DNA of 64,000 bases from a virus, in IMG/VR virus record IMGVR_UViG_3300038301_000548, positions 32,001 through 96,000 of that record, one strand, 5' to 3'. Shown in pieces: positions 1 through 8,229 of this stretch. Positions within the stretch are counted from its first letter, which is position 1. The number at the start of each line of letters is the position of its first letter. The translations under genes and the position numbers were made by a program. The notes beneath the pieces were generated by a model that ran no database searches, was not told where the DNA came from, and saw only the letters and a program-made list of their open reading frames with translations.

Positions 1-64
1 ATCTCCTTTTGTATACAAAAATGGTGTAAAATACAATAATAAATAGTGTTAATCAATTATAAAA

Positions 65-268
65 TCATTTTTTTATTCTCTTCGAGAGCTTCTTGAGCGC
101 CTGCTTTTCTATTTGTGAAACCCTCACCAAAGAGACTCCAATTCTTTTCGAAATTTCATCTAGTGTCATGGCGCCATGTTTTTCAATTGAAACATACATG
201 CAGTTATCGTCTTCTGGGTAGTCTATCCAGCATCTGCAGTTTTCTTCTGAACAGTTTTCTTTCCTCAT
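65..268 (-). CDS. Small sigma-70 region 4 (HTH) domain protein with Cys-rich N-terminus
   Basis: MTLDEISKRIGVSLVRVSQIEKQALKKL matches the sigma-70 region 4.2 pattern (TLEEIG..LGVS.ERVRQIE..AL.KL); only 67 aa, no region 2. Confidence 0.75.
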   Translation of the reverse strand: MRKENCSEENCRCWIDYPEDDNCMYVSIEKHGAMTLDEISKRIGVSLVRVSQIEKQALKKLSKRIKK

Positions 269-582
269 TCCTGTTCCTCAAAATCTTCTTCGATCAAATC
301 ATAAATAAAATTTTTCTCTGAATTTGAAAGGCCTAAATCTTTCATTAATCGATCTCCTTTCTCTATCTCTTTTTTTGAATTTTGTCTCTTTTTCTTTCCC
401 ATAGTACTTTTCTCCAGTTTTATTTTTTCTATTGCTCGCATCATATCTAAGTCATTCTCAACGTATAACTTAACCAGGCCTCGAAAGAAGTTTCCTTGAG
501 TTAGCCTATCATATCTTAGTCTGACAATCATCCTGGCGTGCTGTGCAGTATCATATTCGAATGCAATCTTCTTTATGGTCAT
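265..582 (-). CDS. Hypothetical protein
   Basis: 105-aa ORF with 4-nt overlaps to both neighbours. Confidence 0.6.
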   Translation of the reverse strand: MTIKKIAFEYDTAQHARMIVRLRYDRLTQGNFFRGLVKLYVENDLDMMRAIEKIKLEKSTMGKKKRQNSKKEIEKGDRLMKDLGLSNSEKNFIYDLIEEDFEEQE

Positions 583-1616
583 CGCGATAATATATGAGTA
601 TTACTCTCTCGTTGGCCTGCTGGTGTCTGCCGGATGAACTCAGCCCTTGCTTGGATTTCCGGTATACTCCTACAACCAGAATAAGAAAGGCCAGATTTCA
701 AATTCTGAGAAATTGTGGCTAAAATATTTTTTACGGATCCCTTATATGGAATCGTAGTTGATATGCCCTCTAGTGACCGGGCTTCGCCTCTCCAATCTAG
801 TTGGGCTTCAACACTTGCCATGCCGCGGTATACTTTATATTTATTACCATCGCCCTTAGATAACACGTTACCAGGAGACTCATCCGTGCCGGCCAGCATA
901 GAGCCCAGCATCACCAAATCGGCGCCGGCTGCTATAGCTTTAACAACATCTCCAGAGGTTTTGATGCCGCCGTCGGCTATAACGGTCGCGCCGTCGATGT
1001 CACGGCAATCAAGTACTGACTGGAATGTTGGAACTCCATGACCGGTTTGGATCCGGGTCGAGCATATGCTTCCTCCTCCGATGCCGACGCGGACTGCATC
1101 TGCGCCCCAATCTGATAAATCCTTATAGCCTGCCGCGGTGGCGACATTACCTGCAATAATCGTCACTTTGTTATCATATTTATCTCTTATGGTTTTGATG
1201 GCGCGTTCGGTCAGCACGTGGTGACCGTGGGCGACGTCGATGCAAAAGATTCGGGCCCCGGCATCATAAAGGGCTCTTGTTCTGCGCAGAAGGCCTGAGC
1301 CGGCTGGCAATGCAACAGAAATCTTATTAAGATGGGCGCTGTTGACCTCCTCTAGCGAATCTCTTAGGTTTAGAACCATCGATGCCTGTTCCCTTTCGGT
1401 ATTGTATCGATGCAAGATCCCTAGGCCGCCGTATTGCAGCATAGTCATTGACATCAGACTGGCTGTAACAGTATCCATTGGGCTAGATATCACTGGGAAG
1501 CCTAAGTCGACGTCTCCCAGAGACGATTCAAGTGTCACTTCTCTTCTGGTGAGGATTTCACTTGGCCTAGGCACCAATAATACGTCGTCAAAGCTCAGTG
1601 TTTGTTTCAGTTTCAT
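579..1616 (-). CDS. IMP dehydrogenase / GMP reductase family protein (no CBS domains)
   Basis: [30 protein letters not shown], catalytic loop [37 protein letters not shown]. Confidence 0.93.
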   Translation of the reverse strand: MKLKQTLSFDDVLLVPRPSEILTRREVTLESSLGDVDLGFPVISSPMDTVTASLMSMTMLQYGGLGILHRYNTEREQASMVLNLRDSLEEVNSAHLNKISVALPAGSGLLRRTRALYDAGARIFCIDVAHGHHVLTERAIKTIRDKYDNKVTIIAGNVATAAGYKDLSDWGADAVRVGIGGGSICSTRIQTGHGVPTFQSVLDCRDIDGATVIADGGIKTSGDVVKAIAAGADLVMLGSMLAGTDESPGNVLSKGDGNKYKVYRGMASVEAQLDWRGEARSLEGISTTIPYKGSVKNILATISQNLKSGLSYSGCRSIPEIQARAEFIRQTPAGQRESNTHILSR

Positions 1617-1857
1617 CTTCGTCTCCTTGAGTTACTCCACTATCATAACAGTTTGTACAGACTAAGTCAATGTTTTCTGAATTTTTATTAATTCTCCAGT
1701 TGTCAATATTTTGACCTTCTGATGGGGGCTGGCCGCACACCGAGCATTTCACCTGTCGTTTGAAGTTTGCCATGGCCGTTTTGAAATCTTTGGTAAACTT
1801 CTTGCGAGCATCGGCGAGTTGTTTTCTCTTGATCTTTCTTGAAAAGCTGGTCATCAT
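1588..1857 (-). CDS. Hypothetical protein with CxxC...CxxC putative zinc finger
   Basis: CSVC and CTNC motifs; coupled to the dUTPase stop. Confidence 0.6.
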   Translation of the reverse strand: MMTSFSRKIKRKQLADARKKFTKDFKTAMANFKRQVKCSVCGQPPSEGQNIDNWRINKNSENIDLVCTNCYDSGVTQGDEDETETNTEL

Positions 1858-2330
1858 AAATCTCCAGTGGAGCCAAGTGCTCCGCTGCCGCGGGCTGTCG
1901 AAGAGCCATAAACACTATCTTCGTGTATTTCCCACAGGACTGGCTTCTCAATACGGACAAAGACACCTTGTGCTATCTTTTGCCCGGCTGCAATGTGCTG
2001 AACCTCTGTGCCAATATTCTGCAGGTTTACAAAGATCTCTCCGTCATAGCCCTCATCCACCACACAGGCGCCTGTGACAAGTTGCTTTTTGCTGGCTACT
2101 CCCGACTTGTTCATAATCTGTAGCATACAGCCGGGCGGGACCTCCATTTTGATGCCCGTCCCCAAAAGCACACTCTTGTTGGGGTCGACACTAATGGTGG
2201 TGTCTTCTGAGTTTGAACAGAAGAAAAAATCCATGCCTGCGTCGGTGTTATGCGCCCTGTTGGGCAGTTTGGCCTTGGGACTGGTCCTAAAAACCCTGAC
2301 CCTATCTATCTCATCGAATAACATTAACAT
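1854..2330 (-). CDS. dut: dUTPase (trimeric)
   Basis: DAGMDF, NKSGVA, GVVDEGYDGEI-like motif III, IAQGV, C-terminal RGSGALGSTG. Confidence 0.95.
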   Translation of the reverse strand: MLMLFDEIDRVRVFRTSPKAKLPNRAHNTDAGMDFFFCSNSEDTTISVDPNKSVLLGTGIKMEVPPGCMLQIMNKSGVASKKQLVTGACVVDEGYDGEIFVNLQNIGTEVQHIAAGQKIAQGVFVRIEKPVLWEIHEDSVYGSSTARGSGALGSTGDL

Positions 2331-2968
2331 ACTCCTTTTTGTGTTAAATCTCTTTCTTCTATAAGTGTATAAGTAAAACTATTACTCCACTGGTCGGATG
2401 CTTTTTGGCAAGTGTCCATAAACTCATAAAAGTCTTTACTACTCTGAAGAACTTGGCAGCCGGCTGACACCCCTCCAGTATTGACCCTTGCATCCGAACC
2501 CCAATGCTTGTGAATATTGATCCCAAACCAGCCCTCTTCTTCGGGGCTGTGATAGTCGGGCTTAGAGTCTCTGTTGTTGTCTCTCCAGACTCTCACCTTC
2601 CCCCCTCTCTGAACAAGCGCTGTATAGCTTCTCTTGCCTCCATGCGTTCCGATTCGATATGTAGACCGGTACTGGTCGGGAACCAAAATCGCGGTACCCT
2701 TATGGCGGACCTCTTTGATTGGCATGCGCAATATTCTGGTACCAGGCTCAGTAGTGGCCGGATATATATCGCAGACCCACTCGTCCTCCGCTTTATACAG
2801 CAGGTTGATGAAATCATCAAATTTTGACGCGTCACCAGAGTCATTACGAACACCGATAATATTTAAATTATAGTCTCCTTTTTCAAAGAATGCGTGCCCC
2901 TTGTTCTCAAGGGTCTCCTTATAGTGTTTCGCCATCATTTGGGCTGCAAGCCCTGTTAGTCTAGCCAT
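2324..2968 (-). CDS. L,D-transpeptidase (YkuD)-fold cell wall enzyme, putative endolysin
   Basis: GINIH-x14-SAGCQV resembles the YkuD H-x14-17-[ST]HGC catalytic motif; TTEPG and IIGVRN segments. Confidence 0.6.
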   Translation of the reverse strand: MARLTGLAAQMMAKHYKETLENKGHAFFEKGDYNLNIIGVRNDSGDASKFDDFINLLYKAEDEWVCDIYPATTEPGTRILRMPIKEVRHKGTAILVPDQYRSTYRIGTHGGKRSYTALVQRGGKVRVWRDNNRDSKPDYHSPEEEGWFGINIHKHWGSDARVNTGGVSAGCQVLQSSKDFYEFMDTCQKASDQWSNSFTYTLIEERDLTQKGVC

Positions 2969-2978
2969 TGTTATCTCC

Positions 2979-5900
2979 TTAAGCTAATAGTTTAAACATC
3001 TTCCTGACACTGAATGTCGAGAAGCCCCAGTTTGGATCGTAATTTAGTCGAGCCATGTAGGGTCGGTTAATATGGACAATATCGCGATCGGGGTCAACGC
3101 CCCAACATCGGATGGTATTCGTCTCGTTGTTATCATCGATCACCTTTACCACATAGAAATTCTTACCGTTCTTTGACTTCTTGAGCTTGCACTCCCTAGG
3201 AATGAACCAAGTTACACCGAGTTCAGCATCATACTCCGAGATCGGTGGAATGTAAAGTTCGTCTAGCTTACCTCTGACGTGTTCGTTAATCACTGAACTA
3301 ATCGGGAACACACCTGTCAAAGTCACCAAGTGTTCAAGCTTCTCTTCTTCGGTGAAGTCTCCCTCACCTGCATATGTGGTAATATTATCTTCTAGGTTCT
3401 TGAGCTTTCTAGGGCGGTCAACACAGACAGCTGACCAGAAGTGCTTAAGACCAGTAAAACGGTCATCGACCAGATCAGTTAGGGCTTGGGCCCGGCACAG
3501 AGCATCTAGCGCTTTCTTATTCAGCTTGGAATACTTTACCTTATCGTGGAAAAGAAACTCTTCGACTGTATTAAAAGGCCGATGATCAATGATCTGCTGA
3601 ATTGCTACTGCACCTAGACCCTTGATCGAAGTCAGTGGCTGAACAAGAGTCTTGTTGTCCTCGCTGATCTCCCAAACTACACCAGAAGTGTTGACGTTCA
3701 AGGGCTCGACTGCATAACCCATCGACTTAGCAGTGGAGATTGCTCGTTCCTTACGGGTCTCGGGCTCCTTATCCAAGAAAGCTGCGAGCCATTCCGCTGG
3801 ATAGTAGTTGAGTAGCCAAGCACACTGAAAGGACAGGATGCAGTAAGATACCGCGTGAGACTTGTTGAAGCCATATCCTGAAAAGTATTCAAACTTGTTC
3901 CACAGTTCTCGGGCGTCGTGCGAAGCGATGCCCTTCTCCAAGCAACCCTTGTGAAACTTGTCAAAGATCTTATCCTTCTCTGCTGCAGCTGCACCAGTAC
4001 CCTTCTTGGTCAAAAGCTTTCTGAGCTTGTTGCCTTCATCCAGGGATAGATCCTTACCCAGCTTGTGAGCAAGCATAGCGATCTGTTCCTGAAAGATAAG
4101 GAAGCCGTATGTCTCTTCTGTCACTTCGCGAGTAGTCTCATTAAGATACTCTACCTCGTGAGGCGCCTGCTTTGAGCCGATGAACATTTTGTCTACGCCG
4201 GCGCTTAGTGGACCGGGACGATAGATACTTGTAATAGAAGCCAAGTCAGTAATATTATCTGGCTTTGCATTCTTGCAGAATGACTGTGCTCCAGCTTCCG
4301 TGAACTGGAAGATACCAGCCCACTTGCCTGCGTGGAATACATTCTTCCACACTTCTTCGTTCTCTAGATCGATCTTATCTGGGTGTAAGTGCTCGTCATA
4401 GAATGACCTAATTTGGTCAAAGGTTGGGTTCTCGATATTGTGATGTCTCTTTAGAATGCGCTCGACAGCACCTTCGACCATTCGAAGAGAAGCCAGCCCA
4501 AGAATATCGAACTTGATAAAACCCATTGGTTCAAGGTGTCTAACATTTTGCCCTTCACTCCACGGGGTCTGCCTGACCCCTCCACTGTTAATAAGAGGCA
4601 TCCACTCATTAAGTCGCTCACCGACAACAACACCACCTGCGTGGCGACTAGCTGAACGGGTTTGACCATAGAGCTTTTCGACGTGTGTCTTGATATGTGG
4701 ATATTTCTGCAAGAACTTTTGAAGGGTTTCTGAATACATCATCAGTTCTTCAAAGGTTGGTGCATACACGCCGGCTGTAATACCGTGTGCTTTCTTTGCA
4801 AGTGGTGTCGCCTCATACACCATCTTACTGGTCACATTATTTACCTCGGTAAACTCAATGCCGTAAAACTTTGAGATGTCCTTGATCAATGATCGAAGCT
4901 GAAGGGTGTTCCAGTTTGTAATTGGGACAACAGTGTCGTCGCCCCACTCATCAATCAAGAACTCCTTGAGAAGCATCGGGTCAGATACATCGTAATCAAT
5001 ATCAGGATACCCTGTGCCACCCTTGGTCAAGAACCTTTCGAACTGAAGACCATACTTGATTGGGTCGACTTGTGTGATCCCCAGGACATAGGACACCAAA
5101 GAGCCGGCGGCAGAGCCGCGGCCGGGACCGACGAGCTGGCGCTCTACAGCCATATCAGCAATCGCTTTCATAGTCAAGAAGTACTTCGAGAAACCGCGGG
5201 ATTCGATGATCCCTACTTCATACTTAAGTCGATCTGCATATTCGGTATTCTCTGCTAGTCCCAAACTGCGGGCACCTTCAACGCAAAGCGCTGCGAGTGT
5301 CTGTCCAGCGGTGGAACCCTCAGGGACGACAAAGCTCGGAAGCCTAACTTGGTTGTCTGGAAGAAAAGCCTCGATACGCTCGTGGGCGATCTTGTGTGTT
5401 CGAGTGATAGAGTCCATAACAATATCATCATCGTATTCAACATTAGCTGACTTAGAATACTTCTTGTAAGACTCCCACATCTGCTGACCATTCTTTGGAT
5501 ACAGCTCATAGCCTACTTCTTCGACGGAGACTGGCAACTCTTCTGATAGATAGTCCGGTCTTCCTCGGCCGAGCCACCCCAAGCGCTTGTAAAGTTCCCT
5601 GTCCTTCCACACTTCCGGGTTATAGTAATGAGAATCCGCGGTCGAGATCAACTCAATACCAAACTCATAATGCATTTGTATAATGTATTGGTTTAGTTCG
5701 TGTTGTTCTGGGATGTTATTCCACTGCAACTCTCCGTACCACCTGTCTCCGAAGATCTTCTGCATTTTTTGAGTAGTCTCTCTCATTGCATCTAGAACTG
5801 CGTCGGCGCCGTTTTCTCTATTTTCCCAATAACTTCCAGCATAAACACCACCAAGACAAGCTGATGCTGCAATGACACCTTTGTTGTACTTCTTGAGTAG

Positions 5901-6413
5901 TGCGTAGTCTACACGAGGATAGCGGTAGAAGTTATTGCCAGCATAACTAGAAGATATCATCTTGAAGATATTTTGCAACCCTTCTTGGTCTTGTGCCAGG
6001 AGAATCATATGGCGGCGACGGTTTAGAACCGACTTCATCTTCTTCTTTGATGCCTCGTTCTCTACCGTTGTGCCCGAACTGGCTGCCTCATATTCTGATT
6101 TGTTCTTGGCAGAAGCTTTAATGTTTTCATAATCCTTCTTCCAGTTTGCAACGGAAGGGATAAAGTAAGCTTCTACGCCAAAGATAGGCTTAAAGTTCTT
6201 ACCTTCTTTCTGCATCTTTTTGGCGTGCAATACCTGTCCCGCCAGACCATTAGCGTTGCCATGGTCGGTAAGAGCGAGGGCATCCATTCCGTTGTTAAAT
6301 GCAAAATCCATATGTTCTGCCGGATACCCTAATGCATCGAATGGGGATCCTGCCACAGAATGGGCATGCAACCCTACGAAAGGAATATTAGTTTTGTTTT
6401 TTGACGCTTGCAA
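2979..6413 (-). CDS. dnaE: DNA polymerase III alpha subunit (family C)
   Basis: PHP domain (LHAHS, ALTDHG, GVEAY, TADSHY), GPGRGSAAGSLVSY, PDIDYD, KFDILGL, YRPGPL, FQEQI, GFNKSHAVSY, C-terminal OB region. Confidence 0.97.
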   Translation of the reverse strand: MQASKNKTNIPFVGLHAHSVAGSPFDALGYPAEHMDFAFNNGMDALALTDHGNANGLAGQVLHAKKMQKEGKNFKPIFGVEAYFIPSVANWKKDYENIKASAKNKSEYEAASSGTTVENEASKKKMKSVLNRRRHMILLAQDQEGLQNIFKMISSSYAGNNFYRYPRVDYALLKKYNKGVIAASACLGGVYAGSYWENRENGADAVLDAMRETTQKMQKIFGDRWYGELQWNNIPEQHELNQYIIQMHYEFGIELISTADSHYYNPEVWKDRELYKRLGWLGRGRPDYLSEELPVSVEEVGYELYPKNGQQMWESYKKYSKSANVEYDDDIVMDSITRTHKIAHERIEAFLPDNQVRLPSFVVPEGSTAGQTLAALCVEGARSLGLAENTEYADRLKYEVGIIESRGFSKYFLTMKAIADMAVERQLVGPGRGSAAGSLVSYVLGITQVDPIKYGLQFERFLTKGGTGYPDIDYDVSDPMLLKEFLIDEWGDDTVVPITNWNTLQLRSLIKDISKFYGIEFTEVNNVTSKMVYEATPLAKKAHGITAGVYAPTFEELMMYSETLQKFLQKYPHIKTHVEKLYGQTRSASRHAGGVVVGERLNEWMPLINSGGVRQTPWSEGQNVRHLEPMGFIKFDILGLASLRMVEGAVERILKRHHNIENPTFDQIRSFYDEHLHPDKIDLENEEVWKNVFHAGKWAGIFQFTEAGAQSFCKNAKPDNITDLASITSIYRPGPLSAGVDKMFIGSKQAPHEVEYLNETTREVTEETYGFLIFQEQIAMLAHKLGKDLSLDEGNKLRKLLTKKGTGAAAAEKDKIFDKFHKGCLEKGIASHDARELWNKFEYFSGYGFNKSHAVSYCILSFQCAWLLNYYPAEWLAAFLDKEPETRKERAISTAKSMGYAVEPLNVNTSGVVWEISEDNKTLVQPLTSIKGLGAVAIQQIIDHRPFNTVEEFLFHDKVKYSKLNKKALDALCRAQALTDLVDDRFTGLKHFWSAVCVDRPRKLKNLEDNITTYAGEGDFTEEEKLEHLVTLTGVFPISSVINEHVRGKLDELYIPPISEYDAELGVTWFIPRECKLKKSKNGKNFYVVKVIDDNNETNTIRCWGVDPDRDIVHINRPYMARLNYDPNWGFSTFSVRKMFKLLA

Positions 6414-6615
6414 TTGTGCACTCCAAGTCAGATTTAATCATTTCAAGATCTTCAATTAGTTTTTCTTTTTCTTCTATATCATACACGATCGAGTCGTATA
6501 GGTCACGGAAAAAGAACTGCTGGTCTATTGTCATTGAGGAAAATGTCAGCGGCAGCGTGGCTGACTCCTTCGTGTGGTAAGCTAAGTTGTCGTATGCTTC
6601 TTCAATATCGATCAT
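6388..6615 (-). CDS. Hypothetical protein (start reassigned to ATG 6615)
   Basis: ATGA overlap with the upstream gene stop at 6612 gives MIDIEEAYDNL...; the track start at 6711 overlaps the upstream gene by 100 nt. Confidence 0.55.
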   Translation of the reverse strand: MIDIEEAYDNLAYHTKESATLPLTFSSMTIDQQFFFRDLYDSIVYDIEEKEKLIEDLEMIKSDLECTIASVKKQN

Positions 6616-7460
6616 CTGTCTTCCTTTCTTATGAAAAATGGTTTTGCCATTGACGGGGGCATCTTTTTCAGCTTTTTGTTTGAAATATAAAATTCTCTTA
6701 GACTTTCCCATGAATCTAAATTATGGTAAAATTCCAATTCGACTTTTTTATCTATATCTATCTTATCATGTTTAAAGATTTTGTCAAGTGAAAAATTCTT
6801 TGCCGACCATCTTTCTTCAAGTGGTAAATTTTTATCTCCGCCTGTGTTGGTTTCGTTGAGTTGACGGCGGAAATGTAACCAACACTCAGGTGTGAAACTA
6901 AAAGGTAGATATAAGCCGTCGCGGACTGTCTTGCCATTGTAGCTGGCATACACTCTCTCTGCGCCTCGGATTGCAGACCGAACTTTCTTTAGCGCCGATG
7001 GGTCATATATGCCGTACGGAAAGGATACATAATAGCTCGTTGGCACTGTCCATTTTGAGATTTTTTTAGAGACTATAAAAGAGGTTAAGGCGCCGTGAAG
7101 AACTGACCACCCCACAGTGTCGACTCTTTTTCTATGCTTTTGTAGAATTGGTGTATAAAATATCGGTATATACTCCTTGCAGGAATCAGGATGCCTTTTG
7201 AAGTCCCAGTTGTCATATATGTTGGGGTTTATAACATAATCCCCTAGCCTCTTCTTTATTAAAGGTGCAGTGTCGTCGTTGCATATGACCCATATAGAAT
7301 CGCAGTTCACCAGTGCGCACTCGTACACAGCTCTTTCGATTGCTAACATATCTTTGGCAAGAGGGTGTAAACAGTCTGGCCAGGGTAGACCCAAGAGATC
7401 TTGCCGACCAGCAATCGGAACGATTCCTGCTAGGTTTCTACCTTTTAGGGCTGTATCCAT
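6612..7460 (-). CDS. Nucleotidyltransferase-like (GT-A fold, NTP_transferase-like) protein
   Basis: N-terminal AGIVPIAG...PDCLHPL...IERAVYEC...IWVIC resembles RmlA/GlmU/MobA N-termini, but the GxGxR and K residues are degenerate. Confidence 0.55.
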   Translation of the reverse strand: MDTALKGRNLAGIVPIAGRQDLLGLPWPDCLHPLAKDMLAIERAVYECALVNCDSIWVICNDDTAPLIKKRLGDYVINPNIYDNWDFKRHPDSCKEYIPIFYTPILQKHRKRVDTVGWSVLHGALTSFIVSKKISKWTVPTSYYVSFPYGIYDPSALKKVRSAIRGAERVYASYNGKTVRDGLYLPFSFTPECWLHFRRQLNETNTGGDKNLPLEERWSAKNFSLDKIFKHDKIDIDKKVELEFYHNLDSWESLREFYISNKKLKKMPPSMAKPFFIRKEDR

Positions 7461-8229
7461 CTATTATTTCCTGCATGCTCATATTCATAAACTTTACTTT
7501 CTTAGAATTGCTGTAAGTGTTTTGATCGATCGGGTGGACATAGCGCGAGAGATGCGACGTGATCAACTTTTTATATATATCAGTACCATTCTTATACTTA
7601 CCTTTCTCTTTTAGGCCGATGTAACCCATAGAGTTGAGATGACTCTTTAGTTTGAAGTTGGCTATTGTATCTGAATAATCAAAGTCATATAACTGATCTC
7701 TTGTCAGTTGTGACACCGTAACTATATCGGTGATATGTTTAGCGCCATCGACCCTCAGGGAGTTATAGAAGTAAATCTCTGACAATAATCTGTCTTCAGT
7801 GTAAACCGGGTTGATGTGCTTCGCTTGCTTTCCTAGGCGTTGTATTGTGAAATCATCTATAACCTCATACTCTTCTGCGTGCGTGCCAGATAAGGCGTTC
7901 TCGTGCTTTATATTGAGGGTCTCAAATATAAAGCACTGCTCAAACTCAAATTGAGCCAGGAGATTATCACTAAAAATTTTAATGTTGTTATCCGCGACTC
8001 GGACCTGCTTGACTTCCGCATAATCAATGCCAAGAGCTAGCAAGCCTAAATGTAATTTGATTTTCTGCCAAATTTGCTTTTTGTTTCTAGTACCAAAAAG
8101 TCTAAACTCTTGAAATTCCTTAAAAAACAAAGGGTAAAAACTTGAGGTCTGAACATGGTAGTAACCATTGAGGTATGCAAACATTGCAGATTCAACGGAA
8201 TGACCCAGGACTACTTTCTCTAGTAACAC
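7438..8229 (-). CDS. Hypothetical protein, possible degenerate Rossmann-like N-terminus
   Basis: 263-aa ORF overlapping both neighbours; begins KVVLGHSVESAMFAYLNG. Confidence 0.5.
   Translation of the reverse strand: MLLEKVVLGHSVESAMFAYLNGYYHVQTSSFYPLFFKEFQEFRLFGTRNKKQIWQKIKLHLGLLALGIDYAEVKQVRVADNNIKIFSDNLLAQFEFEQCFIFETLNIKHENALSGTHAEEYEVIDDFTIQRLGKQAKHINPVYTEDRLLSEIYFYNSLRVDGAKHITDIVTVSQLTRDQLYDFDYSDTIANFKLKSHLNSMGYIGLKEKGKYKNGTDIYKKLITSHLSRYVHPIDQNTYSNSKKVKFMNMSMQEIIDGYSPKR

Noticed and set aside
6616-6711. N-terminal extension of ORF 6388..6711
   Set aside because: Overlaps the upstream gene; the ATGA-coupled start at 6615 is more plausible
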